Of a stretch of 64,000 nucleotides of DNA, positions 38,564 through 48,504 are shown piece by piece; within the stretch, counting starts at the first letter, position 1, and each line of letters starts with the position of its first letter. The DNA lies in NCBI GenBank assembly GCA_965214405.1, contig OZ243956.1, positions 1,760,001-1,824,000 of the forward strand, in the 5' to 3' direction. The notes beneath the pieces are model-generated. The model did not search any database. It had not been told where the DNA came from and saw only the letters and a list, made by a program, of their open reading frames with translations. The position numbers and the translations under genes were made by a program. This stretch comes from Trueperaceae bacterium (GTDB lineage: Bacteria > Deinococcota > Deinococci > Deinococcales > Trueperaceae).

Positions 38564-39723
38564 GCGCGGCCTCCTTTTGAACTTAAAAAATCCTTAACGA
38601 GCGCCGCGTAGGCCTTACGCGCCAAGGGCAGGTGCGCCAGCGGCACGTTCTCGCGCGTTGTGTGCGCCAGTTCCTCCTCGCCGGGACCCAGGCCGATAAC
38701 CACCGCGCCCGTGTTGGCGAGGTGCGGCGCGTCGGTGGCGAACCACCAGCAGGCCTCTTCAAAGGGATGCTCAGCCTCCGCGAAAAGGGGCCTGAGGACG
38801 CGGCGCGCCCGTTCCACCCAAGGATTTTCGCCGGGCGCGAGGTAGGCGGGCACGACGCGGGGGATGGTGTAGCCCACGCCCCCGCTCTCGCTCTCGAGCC
38901 GTTCATCGGGCACCTCTAGCACGCTTCCTTCCGGGGCGAGCGCGCGGAGCCGCTCGAGGACGTTCTCGGCCTCGTCACCGGGGATGTTGCGGTAGTCAAT
39001 CACCAAGTCCGCCCTCCCCGGCACCACGTTGGCCCCGTCCGGCGGATAGGAGGTGAGGCGCGTGGGGGTGAGGCTCGAGCCGCCCAGCGGCCCGCCCGTG
39101 GGCAGGTCCAAGGTCTGAAGCTCCTTTAAGAAGTCCGCCGCGTGATAGAGCGCGTTATCGCCAAGCTCATTCTTGGCGGCGTGGGCGATTTTGCCGGGCA
39201 GCCGCGCGTGAACCTCCACCCGCCCCCGGTGCCCGAGCATGAGCCGCAGCTTGCTGGGCTCGCCCAGAATCACCACGTCGGCTTTTATGGATTCAGCCAG
39301 ATAACGCGCGCCGAGCCCGCCTACCTCCTCCTGCACCACCGCCGTCACCATCAGCGTGCCCGTTATATCCCCCTCGACCGCGTCTTTGGCCGCGTAGGCC
39401 ATGCAGGCCAGCGCCGACTTCATGTCGCAGGCCCCGCGCCCCCAGAGCCGCCCGTCTTCCACTTCACCCGAGAGCGGCGGGTGCGGCCAGAGGTCGGGGT
39501 CGCCTAAGGGAACCGTGTCGAGGTGACCGTTCAGCATCACCGTGGGACCGTCGCCTCGTTTGAAAATTCCGATGAGGTTGCCCGCGTCGTCCACAAACGC
39601 CTCGTCAAAACCGAGCGTCTTAAAGGCCCCCAGCATCACCTCCGCCGCCGGAGACTCACGCCCCGAGGGACTTGCCGCCCGAATGAGGCTCTGCGCCAGT
39701 TTCGCCTCGTCGGTCAGCGTCAT
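38560..39723 (-). CDS. M20 family metallopeptidase/deacylase (ArgE/DapE-like)
   Basis: NGHLDTVP, GRGACDMK, QEEVGG, GEPS and AHTTRE. Confidence 0.9.
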   Translation of the reverse strand: MTLTDEAKLAQSLIRAASPSGRESPAAEVMLGAFKTLGFDEAFVDDAGNLIGIFKRGDGPTVMLNGHLDTVPLGDPDLWPHPPLSGEVEDGRLWGRGACDMKSALACMAYAAKDAVEGDITGTLMVTAVVQEEVGGLGARYLAESIKADVVILGEPSKLRLMLGHRGRVEVHARLPGKIAHAAKNELGDNALYHAADFLKELQTLDLPTGGPLGGSSLTPTRLTSYPPDGANVVPGRADLVIDYRNIPGDEAENVLERLRALAPEGSVLEVPDERLESESGGVGYTIPRVVPAYLAPGENPWVERARRVLRPLFAEAEHPFEEACWWFATDAPHLANTGAVVIGLGPGEEELAHTTRENVPLAHLPLARKAYAALVKDFLSSKGGRA

Positions 39724-39881
39724 AGAGTCTTTCCGCTTTTTTTGTCCAGGAAATTCGTAGCAAAATTCATAAAGCGCATCATAGTACACGCCGCCCCCCG
39801 GCACCCCGGTGCGCGAAACGGGTACGAAGGTGATGTCAAGAAGCCGCACATCGCCACCCTGGGATGCGGTAGATTGACCGC

Positions 39882-40856
39882 ATGGACTCTTCTCAGCCCG
39901 CCGGACCGCCTTATAAGCGCGTTCTCACCATCATCAACCCCGTGTCGGGGCAGCACGACGCGGGGCGAATCCGCGAACTCGTCGAGCGCGAACTCTCAGC
40001 GCGAGATATCGAGGTCGACGTCCGCTTTACCGAGGGCGAGGGCGACGCGATGCGCTGGGCGCAGGGGGCGGCGGAAGAGGGTTTCGACTTGGTCATCGCC
40101 TCGGGGGGCGACGGCACGGTGATGGAGGCGATGAGCGGGCTTATCAAGTGCGGCTGCCCGGTGCCGTTGGCGCAGCTCCCGGCGGGCACGGCGAGCTTGG
40201 TCGCGCGGGCGCTCGATATCCCGCAGAATTTGGAAAAGGCGCTCGAGGTGGCCGTGACCGGCGAGGCGGTCCGGCTCGACGTGGGCTACCTACCCACCCA
40301 CGACCGCTATTTCGCGCTCATCGCGGGGGCGGGTTGGGACGCGCGCTTAATCGAGGACGCGCCGCGCGGCTTAAAGCGCCGCATCGGGTTTGCCGCCTAC
40401 GTTTTTACCGGGCTCAAAAATCTAGCCAACTTGCGCCGCACGACGATCGAGCTGGAAATCGACGGCAAAAAGCAAGTTCACAAGGCGCACACCGTCATGA
40501 TTGCCAACATCGGCCAGATCGACTCGATGGGGTTCGCCCTGGGGCCCGACATCGGCCCGCACGATGGTAAGTTGGACGCGGTTATCGTCGCCTCCTCGAC
40601 CGCGCGGAGCGTGGCCCGCCTCACCTACCGCCTCATCACCAGGCAGTTTTCCAACTACCACGACCTCGCCTACGTCAAGGCCGAACGCGTGAGCGTCAAA
40701 ACGAGCGCGCCGCTGCCTTTAGAAATCGACGGTGAGCCCATCGGCGAAACGCCCTTCGTCGCCGAAATCGTGCCGGAGGGCGCGCTCGTCATCGTGCCGC
40801 AGGTCTATGTGGAGCGCGTCTTCAAGGACCGTCCGGCGTCCAGCCGACAAGACTGA
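39882..40856 (+). CDS. Diacylglycerol/lipid kinase family protein
   Basis: IINPVSG, GGDGTVME, LPAGT and EIDGE. Confidence 0.92.
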   Translation: MDSSQPAGPPYKRVLTIINPVSGQHDAGRIRELVERELSARDIEVDVRFTEGEGDAMRWAQGAAEEGFDLVIASGGDGTVMEAMSGLIKCGCPVPLAQLPAGTASLVARALDIPQNLEKALEVAVTGEAVRLDVGYLPTHDRYFALIAGAGWDARLIEDAPRGLKRRIGFAAYVFTGLKNLANLRRTTIELEIDGKKQVHKAHTVMIANIGQIDSMGFALGPDIGPHDGKLDAVIVASSTARSVARLTYRLITRQFSNYHDLAYVKAERVSVKTSAPLPLEIDGEPIGETPFVAEIVPEGALVIVPQVYVERVFKDRPASSRQD

Positions 40857-41130
40857 GGTCGCAGCGCCCTTTCGGGTCAAACACGATGCCTTCGCTCTCC
40901 AAAAGCGCCCGCTGCAACTCGCCCGCGCCCACTTTGTAGGTCGAAATCGCGCCCTGCGCGTTGATGACGCGCTGCCAAGGAATGTTTTCATGTTCCTTTA
41001 CGCCGTGCAAAATGTAGCCCACCTGCCGCGCCGCGCCCGGTTTGCCCGCCAGGAGCGCGACGTGGCCGTAGGTGGTCACTTTTCCTTTGGGAACAGCGCG
41101 CACGATGTTTAGAACCGCGTCTCGGAACAC
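40822..41130 (-). CDS. Alkyltransferase-like protein (ATL/YbaZ; MGMT family, non-catalytic)
   Basis: PKGKVTTYGHVA..ARQVG..PWQRV, with Trp in place of the catalytic Cys of PCHRV. Confidence 0.88.
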   Translation of the reverse strand: MFRDAVLNIVRAVPKGKVTTYGHVALLAGKPGAARQVGYILHGVKEHENIPWQRVINAQGAISTYKVGAGELQRALLESEGIVFDPKGRCDLSLVGWTPDGP

Positions 41131-41240
41131 GCTTTTAGCCTAGCAGGTTGGACAAGAAGATCAAGCCCGAAAATCTGGGGGAAATTGTTGCTTCGCGTTC
41201 CCTTAGCCTTCTCACCGCTCGAGGGGTATACTTTGCAGCG

Positions 41241-43421
41241 ATGAAAACAGTTCTTATGAAATATTTTATTGTCAGCCTTTTCGTTCTCACGCCCCTTTTC
41301 GCGGCTGCTCAGGGTGCCCAAACCGCCCAGAGAGCGCAAGACGTCACGCGCTTGGTCGTGCTGCCTTTCGATGTGTCGGGTCCCGCGGAGGTCTACCGGG
41401 CGGGGCTCGCTACCGCGCTCCAACGCGGTCTCAACGTGATAGACGGGGTTTACGTGCCGCCCGTCGGGGACGCGCTGCTGGTGTTCGGGCGGCTGAGCGA
41501 CCAGAACAGCGTGAGCGCCGAGGCTGTGGCGGAGGCTTTCGGGGCCTCCACCATTGTGAGCGGACGAGTGACGTTAGCGGGCTCGCAGGCCACCGTGCTG
41601 CTGAGCTTCGCGGGACCCGCGTATCCGCAACCCGCCGAGCGCACACTCACGGTAGGCGCGGACGACCCGGCGGCGCTCGTAGGGGACGTGCTCGACGCGG
41701 TGGTAGACGGGCTGGGGCTGCGTTTGAGCGGCGGCGACCGGGGGGAACTCGACGCCGTGGCCGCGCAAACACCGTCCTTGCCGTCGCTGGGCGCGGTGGG
41801 CACGGCCTCGTTGCGGCTTCCGGCGTTTGACCCGGCGGCTTTGGCCGCGGCGGCGAGTCTGGACGGCGACTCGAGCTGGGTCCTCTCGGAACAGGCGCGC
41901 GCGCTCCTGTTGAGTGGCGATCAGGCGGGCGCGCTCACGACCTCGCAAGCGGCGATTGACGCCGCGCCTCAAGATATCGAAGCGCTCGTCACGCGCGGGC
42001 TCATCTTGCTCGCAACCGGAGACGCCGCCACCGCGCGGCAAGCCTTTGAGGCGGCGCAAACGCTCAACCCCGCGCACGCGCTCGCGTTGCAGGGCCTGGG
42101 CCGGACGGCGGCGGATCCGGCGGATTACGGGGCGGCGCTCAACGCGTATCCGCGTTTGGTGGAGGCGTATATCGACTTAGCGGCGCTCGAGGGCCAGAGC
42201 GACCCGCGCCGCGCGCTCCAGACGCTGCGGGGCGGCGCGGACCGGGTGCCCGATTCGCTGGGGCTCAAACGCGCCTTTATCGGCCTCGCCATCCAGCAGG
42301 GTGACCCCGCGGGCGCGCTCTCGTACCTCCAAACAGAAGTCCAGGACGAGGCGGCGCGCTCGCCTGACCTTTACGCGCTCGCGGCAGGTTTGCCGAGCGA
42401 ATACGGAACGCAGGCGCTCGAGCTCGTGAGAGAGGGCCGCACCGCCTATCCGGACGACGCCACGCTGGCGCTCGCCGAAGCCTCGCTGCTGTCGCAAAGC
42501 GGCGACGCGGCGGGCGCGCAGAGCGTGCTTGCCGACGCCTACGCCAGGGACCCCCAAAACGCGGGGCTCGCCAACGAACTCGCCATCGCCCAGGCGCGCG
42601 CGGGCAATCTGGACGCGGCCAGGGCGACTTTGGAAACCGTGCCCGGCGTGTCGGGCGGCTCCAACGTGACGTTGGGCGTCAACTTGGCGCAAATCTACCT
42701 CCAAGCAGGTCAAGCGGATGCGGCGATTGGTACCTTAGAACCCCTTCTCACCCGCGCGCCGGACGACGCGGGGCTCTATGCGCTTTACGGCACCGCCTTG
42801 GGCCGCGCCGGGCGCTACGACCAGGCGCTCAACGCGCTCGACCGGGCGCTCGAGCTAGAGCCGAACAACGCGCAGGCCACGGCGGCGCGGAGCGCGGTCG
42901 AGCAGCAGCGCTCGCTCACCGGGGGCCAGCGCCTCGCCTACAGCGGCGAGACCGCGACCGCCGTTAACGAGGGCCTGAGCGCCGTTGAGGCAGGAAACTT
43001 TGCGGAGGCCGCCACCGCGTTTGGGCGCGCGAGGAATCTCGAGGGTGAAAACAGCAACGACGGCTTTATCCCCTTTTACGAGGCCTACGCGCTCCAGCGG
43101 ACCAACCGCGTCCGCGAGGCGATTCCTCTGTACGAAAAAGCTCTGGAGACGTTTGCCGACAACGACACGGTGCTCAATAATCTGGGCTACGCCTACGTGC
43201 AGACGGGCCGTTACGACCGGGCGCTCGAGTACCTCACCCGCGCCACCGAGGCCAATCCCGACAATAGCCAGGCACAACTCAACTTGGGCGGTGTTTACTA
43301 TCAGCTCAACCGTTACCCACAGGCCATCGCCGCCTGGGAACGCGCCGTCGCGCTCGACGCCAGCCTGACTGAAACTTTGAACCCACTGCTCGAGGACGCG
43401 CGCGGGCGAGTGAGCCAGTGA
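41241..43421 (+). CDS. Large secreted TPR protein with an N-terminal alpha/beta domain
   Basis: Signal peptide; LVVLPFDV domain; multiple TPRs; TATACT 8 nt before ATG 41241. Confidence 0.88.
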   Translation: MKTVLMKYFIVSLFVLTPLFAAAQGAQTAQRAQDVTRLVVLPFDVSGPAEVYRAGLATALQRGLNVIDGVYVPPVGDALLVFGRLSDQNSVSAEAVAEAFGASTIVSGRVTLAGSQATVLLSFAGPAYPQPAERTLTVGADDPAALVGDVLDAVVDGLGLRLSGGDRGELDAVAAQTPSLPSLGAVGTASLRLPAFDPAALAAAASLDGDSSWVLSEQARALLLSGDQAGALTTSQAAIDAAPQDIEALVTRGLILLATGDAATARQAFEAAQTLNPAHALALQGLGRTAADPADYGAALNAYPRLVEAYIDLAALEGQSDPRRALQTLRGGADRVPDSLGLKRAFIGLAIQQGDPAGALSYLQTEVQDEAARSPDLYALAAGLPSEYGTQALELVREGRTAYPDDATLALAEASLLSQSGDAAGAQSVLADAYARDPQNAGLANELAIAQARAGNLDAARATLETVPGVSGGSNVTLGVNLAQIYLQAGQADAAIGTLEPLLTRAPDDAGLYALYGTALGRAGRYDQALNALDRALELEPNNAQATAARSAVEQQRSLTGGQRLAYSGETATAVNEGLSAVEAGNFAEAATAFGRARNLEGENSNDGFIPFYEAYALQRTNRVREAIPLYEKALETFADNDTVLNNLGYAYVQTGRYDRALEYLTRATEANPDNSQAQLNLGGVYYQLNRYPQAIAAWERAVALDASLTETLNPLLEDARGRVSQ

Positions 43422-43507
43422 CGCTCCATCCCCTGTCTCTTTGCCTCCTCCGCTCCTCACCCGAAAGGCGGAGGAGGTGACCCAAGCCAGCGGGTTAGAC
43501 TAGCCTC

Positions 43508-44593
43508 ATGAGCATTCGCACCGAGGTCCGCGCCGCGCCGCCGTACCACTTCACGGCGCGGCCTTATGCTGTCAAGCTCGACCAAAATGAGTCGCCTTAC
43601 GACCTGCCGCCCGCGCTCAAAAAGCGTGCGGTTGAGCGGCTTTTAGACCTCCCCTTTCACCGCTACCCCGAGATGCAGGCCGAGAGTCTACGCGCCGCGC
43701 TCGCCGACTTTTATGGCTGGCCCGAGGCGGGCGTGCTCGTGAGTAGCGGCTCGAACGTTCTCATCCAGGCTATCGTCGCCGCTTGCGGCATCGGGCGGAG
43801 GGTGCTGACGGTCGCGCCGACCTTTTCGGTCTACAGCCTGCAAGCCCACCTTTTGGGGGCCGAACTGACTGAGGTGCCGCTGCTCGAGGATTTCTCGCTT
43901 CCTGTGGACAGCTTGCTGGAGGAGATGGAGCGCGGCGAAGGCGTTCTTTTTCTCGCTAATCCCGCCGCGCCGACGGGCAACCTTATTCCGGAAGCGCAAC
44001 TCGTCACGCTTATCGAACGCGCCGCGCCGCGCTGGACCGTCGTCATTGACGAGGCATATCACCAGTTCTCACGTACGGACGCTCGAGGGCTTCTCAAACG
44101 CTACCCCCACGTGGTGAGTTTACGCACCTTTAGCAAAGCCTTTGGCTTGGGCGGCGTGAGGCTCGGCTACGCGCTCGCGCAGCCCGCGTTAACCGAACAA
44201 ATCGGTAAGCTCCTGCTCCCCTTTTCCGTCTCGGCGCTCCAGATTGCGCTGGGGCTGACGGTGTTAGAAGATGCGGGATATTTAGAGCCGCGTATTGGGG
44301 AGGTTGAAGGGGAGCGCGCTCGAGTCTACGAGGCGCTGAACGCGCTTCGAAACGTCCACGTTTATCCGTCGGTCACAAATTTTCTACTTTTTCGCGTGGG
44401 GGACGCCGAATCGTTCTACAACGGCCTTCTCGCCCAGGGCGTCCTCATTCGCCGCCAGGACCATCTGCCGGGCCTTACCGGCTGCCTGCGCGTGTCCATC
44501 GGCACGCCGGAGGAGAATGGGGCTTTTTTAGAGGCGGCGCGGCGGGTGGCGCAAGAACGGGACGCTCGAGAACAGGAGGTCGCGCATGGCTAA
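43508..44593 (+). CDS. hisC: Histidinol-phosphate aminotransferase
   Basis: KLDQNESPY, IDEAY and RTFSKAFGLGGVRLGY; adjacent to hisB. Confidence 0.93.
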   Translation: MSIRTEVRAAPPYHFTARPYAVKLDQNESPYDLPPALKKRAVERLLDLPFHRYPEMQAESLRAALADFYGWPEAGVLVSSGSNVLIQAIVAACGIGRRVLTVAPTFSVYSLQAHLLGAELTEVPLLEDFSLPVDSLLEEMERGEGVLFLANPAAPTGNLIPEAQLVTLIERAAPRWTVVIDEAYHQFSRTDARGLLKRYPHVVSLRTFSKAFGLGGVRLGYALAQPALTEQIGKLLLPFSVSALQIALGLTVLEDAGYLEPRIGEVEGERARVYEALNALRNVHVYPSVTNFLLFRVGDAESFYNGLLAQGVLIRRQDHLPGLTGCLRVSIGTPEENGAFLEAARRVAQERDAREQEVAHG

Positions 44594-45200
44594 AGGATCC
44601 TTGGAGGCTGTCGCCTTCCCTCCCAGAACCGCCACCATCAAACGCGACACGCGCGAGACGCAGCTCGAGGTCACCCTAGACCTTGAGGGCGCACCGGGCG
44701 GTGAGGCGCGAACCGGACACGGCTTTTTAGACCATATGTTGGAGCAGCTTATCCGTCACGGCAAGTTTAGGCTCGACGTGAGGGGCAAGGGTGACTTGGA
44801 AGTGGACGTTCACCACTTGGCCGAGGACACGGGCATCGTCTTGGGCCAAGCCTTCCGTGAGGCGCTGGGCGAGCGGCGCGGCGTGGAGCGCTACGCCGAC
44901 GCCTGGGTGCCGATGGACGAAACGCTGGCGCACGTGGTTTTGGACCTTTCCGGTCGGCCCTACATCGCGTTCGAGCCGGGCGGGTTCGAGGGCTCGAGCA
45001 GAGGCTTCAACGTCCACCACCTCCGCGAATTCCTGCGCGGCTTCTGCAACCACGCGGGCGCGACGATGCACGTGCGCGTGCTTTCGGGCATTGAAACGCA
45101 TCATGTAAATGAGGCAGTCATGAAAGCTTTCGCGCGCGCGCTCCACCAGGCCACCCGCGTCACGTCAGACGTGCTCCCCTCAACCAAAGGGATGCTGTGA
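44586..45200 (+). CDS. hisB: Imidazoleglycerol-phosphate dehydratase
   Basis: FLDHML, DVHHLAED, PMDE, HHVNEAVMKA and PSTKG. Confidence 0.96.
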   Translation: MAKGSLEAVAFPPRTATIKRDTRETQLEVTLDLEGAPGGEARTGHGFLDHMLEQLIRHGKFRLDVRGKGDLEVDVHHLAEDTGIVLGQAFREALGERRGVERYADAWVPMDETLAHVVLDLSGRPYIAFEPGGFEGSSRGFNVHHLREFLRGFCNHAGATMHVRVLSGIETHHVNEAVMKAFARALHQATRVTSDVLPSTKGML

Positions 45201-45300
45201 GGTGCGTTGCGCAGAGGGTGAGCCAGAGCAAGAAGCCGGGAGTGAAAAGTACCGAGTGCTGAGTGGGAAGTAGATAGGAATTTTAAGTGAGAAGTTTCGA

Positions 45301-45933
45301 ATGAAAAGCATCCTCATCGACTACGGCGCGGGCAATCTCCACAGCGTTCACAAGGCGCTCTTGGCGGCGGGGCTCGAAGCTAAACGCTCTGACGACCCGC
45401 TCGAGGCCGCCCATGCGGACGTGCTCATCCTCCCCGGTCAGGGTCACTTCCGACAGGTAATGGAGGCATTTCTTACGTCCGGTTTTGAGCCGGTGGTGCG
45501 GGCACATCTGGAAGCGCGCAAGCCGTTTTTGGGTATCTGTGTGGGCCTGCAACTGCTTATGGAAACGTCCGAAGAAGCGCCGGGGGTGCCGGGGCTGAGT
45601 TTACTAAAGGGCACCGTCAAACGCTTTGACGACCCCACCGTGAGCGTGCCGCAGATGGGCTGGAACGAGATTCGGCCCGTCGGCGAGCCCGCGCTGCTGG
45701 CGGGCCTGCCCAACCCCATGTTCGCCTACTTCGCCAACTCGTACTACGTCGAGTTTACCGATTTAGACACCGTCTCCGGCGCGGTGACCGAATACGGGCG
45801 CACGCGCTTCAAGAGCGCCGTGTCGCAGGGCCACCTGCACGCGACGCAGTTTCACCCCGAGAAGAGTCAGGCGGTGGGGCTGAATATTTTAGGAAATTTT
45901 CGCCGCATCGCTGAGGGGCTGTTGGTGCATTAA
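45301..45933 (+). CDS. hisH: Imidazole glycerol phosphate synthase glutaminase subunit
   Basis: IDYGAGNLHSV, LGICVGLQ, VPQMGWN and QFHPEKS. Confidence 0.96.
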   Translation: MKSILIDYGAGNLHSVHKALLAAGLEAKRSDDPLEAAHADVLILPGQGHFRQVMEAFLTSGFEPVVRAHLEARKPFLGICVGLQLLMETSEEAPGVPGLSLLKGTVKRFDDPTVSVPQMGWNEIRPVGEPALLAGLPNPMFAYFANSYYVEFTDLDTVSGAVTEYGRTRFKSAVSQGHLHATQFHPEKSQAVGLNILGNFRRIAEGLLVH

Positions 45934-46025
45934 TGAGGTGGGGAGAGAGGGAATTAGGGAGATGGGGTTAAAGCTTTTTCTCCCAATCTCCCGTGCCCCC
46001 TAATTCTCCCCCTCGAGCCAAACGT

Positions 46026-46493
46026 TTAGAGGATGCTAACGAGGTAACTCTCTTGGCCTGTAGGGCTGAAACCGACCGCCTCGAGCGCTTCCCTGGGGGC
46101 CAGCGAATCTTCAGTGGGCGAAAACGTCACCTCGCCGCAGCCCAGCGCCTGACACGCGCCGAGGGCCTGCTCGAGCAGCGCGTGCGGCACCGCGCCCCCC
46201 TCCCAACCGCGCCGGACGACGAGGCGGTCGATAAACCCGCTCGGCGCGTCGTCAAATAAACCCCAGCGGGTCCAGAGGGACACGCAGCCTAGGATTTGCC
46301 CCGCCCCTTCTCCTTCAGCCACCTCTTCAGCGACCAACAGCGCCGTTCCGGGTTGGGACAAGAGACGTAGCAAGTTGGTATTGAGCGCGCCCGTCAGCGC
46401 GCCCGTTAGCTCGGGTTGCCCCAGAAGCTCGGCCAGGAGTCCGGCCAGCGCCTTGTGGTCGGCGGGTCTGGCGGCTCTCACGGCAAAGGTCAC
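46026..46493 (-). CDS. GNAT family acetyltransferase-like protein
   Basis: VRAARPAD, LLVAEE and IDRLVV...ALLEQA; TATGCT 6 nt before GTG 46493 supports this start. Confidence 0.7.
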   Translation of the reverse strand: MTFAVRAARPADHKALAGLLAELLGQPELTGALTGALNTNLLRLLSQPGTALLVAEEVAEGEGAGQILGCVSLWTRWGLFDDAPSGFIDRLVVRRGWEGGAVPHALLEQALGACQALGCGEVTFSPTEDSLAPREALEAVGFSPTGQESYLVSIL

Positions 46494-46551
46494 CCGAGTA
46501 GCATATCCGACATTGTCATATTTAGAACCGTGCGGGGTTATGATGCCCTCG

Positions 46552-47313
46552 ATGTTGCAGCGCGCTACGCTCTCCTTTTCCACCTTTTTCGTTGTTCTGA
46601 CTTCCGTCACGCTGGCTTTTGTCACGCTGGCTTCCCTCACCTTAGCGTCGGCGCAGGCTGCGACAGGAGCCTGGACGGTGCAAACGGGTGCGTTCCGTGA
46701 CCCCGCGGAGGCCGCCAAGCATGTGAGGAGCCTCGAGGGGCTCGGTCTAAACGCCTATACGGAAGCCGTGACGATAGGCCAAGACCCCTATCTGCGCGTG
46801 CGGGCGGGCTGCTTCTTAAACAAGGAGGGCGCGGACGCGGTCACCCTTCTGCTGCGTCAGCGCCCCGGAGAAGAGGCGGCGGTGACGGCCCCGCTAAGCC
46901 CGGACGCGCCCGCGAGGCTTTGCGCGGCTTATGAACTTGGCTTCCGCCCCCCCGAAGATTGGGAGGTCGTGTCGCGCACGCGAGACGGGATTCTCTTTCG
47001 GGTGGCGCGCGGGACCCACCGGGGTTTCGTCGCGTTTGACGGGGCGTCGGGCGCGTCTAGCGGGCGCTGGCGGGTGCTTCAGGAGAGCGAGCGGGCGCGT
47101 TGGGAAGCGGGCTTTGTCGCGGCACCCCAAGATTTGCGCAGCCAAGCTTTTGAGATGAGCGAAAGTGGCGGGTTTCTCAGGGCGCGCACCCTTCGCGGTG
47201 AAACGCTCATAGTGGGGGCGGGTACACTCCTCTGGCAGGGCGACCGCGTGGCCGTGGCGCAGCTTGAAGACATGGTGGTGGCGATTCGGCTCGAGGCGAG
47301 GCCATACCGATGA
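46552..47313 (+). CDS. SPOR-domain-containing exported protein
   Basis: Signal/TM segment, then WTVQTGAFRDPAEA..L...GL.AY....RVRAGCF; TATGAT 7 nt before ATG 46552. Confidence 0.75.
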   Translation: MLQRATLSFSTFFVVLTSVTLAFVTLASLTLASAQAATGAWTVQTGAFRDPAEAAKHVRSLEGLGLNAYTEAVTIGQDPYLRVRAGCFLNKEGADAVTLLLRQRPGEEAAVTAPLSPDAPARLCAAYELGFRPPEDWEVVSRTRDGILFRVARGTHRGFVAFDGASGASSGRWRVLQESERARWEAGFVAAPQDLRSQAFEMSESGGFLRARTLRGETLIVGAGTLLWQGDRVAVAQLEDMVVAIRLEARPYR

Positions 47314-47439
47314 GGCCATACTGATGAGGCTGTGTTAGATGAGGGTATTGAGTGGGAATATTGTGAAAAGTCGTAAAAGCTCAAAGCAAAATCAAAAGAA
47401 CCTTCGTGAGAACCCTGGCAGCTCGAGACGGCAGGTAAA

Positions 47440-48504
47440 GTGATGCGACAGGATGTAGAACAGGGCAGTAAAGGTCGAGAAGGGGTTCAAGACGAGGCTC
47501 GAGTGGACACGCAACAAAATACGTTACAGGATACAGGTCAAAATCCAGTACGGTTCGTGGTGCTCACGGGACTCAGCGGCGCGGGCAAAACCACGGCGCT
47601 TCACGCGCTGGAAGACCTGGGCTACTTTACGGTCGACAATTTGCCCCCCGCCCTCTGGCCTGAGCTCATCGCCTCCTTGCGGCTCGAGGGGCAGACGCGC
47701 GTGGTCGTCGGGGTTGACGTGCGGAGTCGGGCATTTTTAGATGGCGTGGAAAACACGTTACGCGTTCTTCAGGAAACAGGCGTGAAACCGGAAGTGGTAT
47801 TTCTCGAGGCCTCCGACGACGTGCTGGTGGGGCGCTACAACTTCACCCGGCGCACGCATCCGCTGGGCGAGGCGTCCTTGTCCGAAGATATTATTTTTGA
47901 GCGGCGTACACTTTCGTCCTTGCGCGCGCTCGCCGACGTGGTCTTAGACACCTCCGCCTTTTCGGCGCGGCGGCTCACCGACGAGCTGCGCGAGCGTTAC
48001 GGGGGTGAGAGGCAGTTTCACCTGCGGCTCGTGTCATTTGGCTTTAAGCGGGGCGTGCCCATCGACGCGGACAACGTGTTCGACCTGCGCGCGCTGCCTA
48101 ATCCCTTTTACGACCCCGCGCTCCGGCCTTTGGACGGCCGGGACGCGGCGGTGCAGGCGTTTGTCTTCTCCCCCGAGGGGCTGGCCTTTTACAGCGAGCT
48201 TCGCAACTTTGTGAGGTTTTTAGCGCTGGGGGCCAGAAACACAGGCCGGGGAAGCTACACCGTCGCGGTCGGTTGCACGGGCGGCCAGCACCGCTCGGTG
48301 GCGGTGGCCGAGCGCCTGCACCGCGACCTGGCCGAGGCATTCGCCACCCACACCGACCACCGCGACGTTGACGAGGCGTTAGCAGAGCATAAGACAGAAC
48401 ATAAGACAGAACATAGGGCGGACCACAAGGTGACCGAGTCCGACGCGAAAGGACGGGGCGGGGCAGCAGGACCCAAGACCGTCACGCAAGGGCGGGAGGC
48501 GTGA
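47440..48504 (+). CDS. rapZ: RapZ/YvcJ-family P-loop protein
   Basis: TGLSGAGKT, VDNLP, RRTHPL, SFGFKRG and GCTGGQHRSV; start uncertain. Confidence 0.93.
   Translation: MMRQDVEQGSKGREGVQDEARVDTQQNTLQDTGQNPVRFVVLTGLSGAGKTTALHALEDLGYFTVDNLPPALWPELIASLRLEGQTRVVVGVDVRSRAFLDGVENTLRVLQETGVKPEVVFLEASDDVLVGRYNFTRRTHPLGEASLSEDIIFERRTLSSLRALADVVLDTSAFSARRLTDELRERYGGERQFHLRLVSFGFKRGVPIDADNVFDLRALPNPFYDPALRPLDGRDAAVQAFVFSPEGLAFYSELRNFVRFLALGARNTGRGSYTVAVGCTGGQHRSVAVAERLHRDLAEAFATHTDHRDVDEALAEHKTEHKTEHRADHKVTESDAKGRGGAAGPKTVTQGREA

Noticed and set aside
36547..41130. Dedicated alkylation-repair operon (MPG + ATL)
   Set aside because: The genes are about 4 kb apart on opposite strands with unrelated genes between them.
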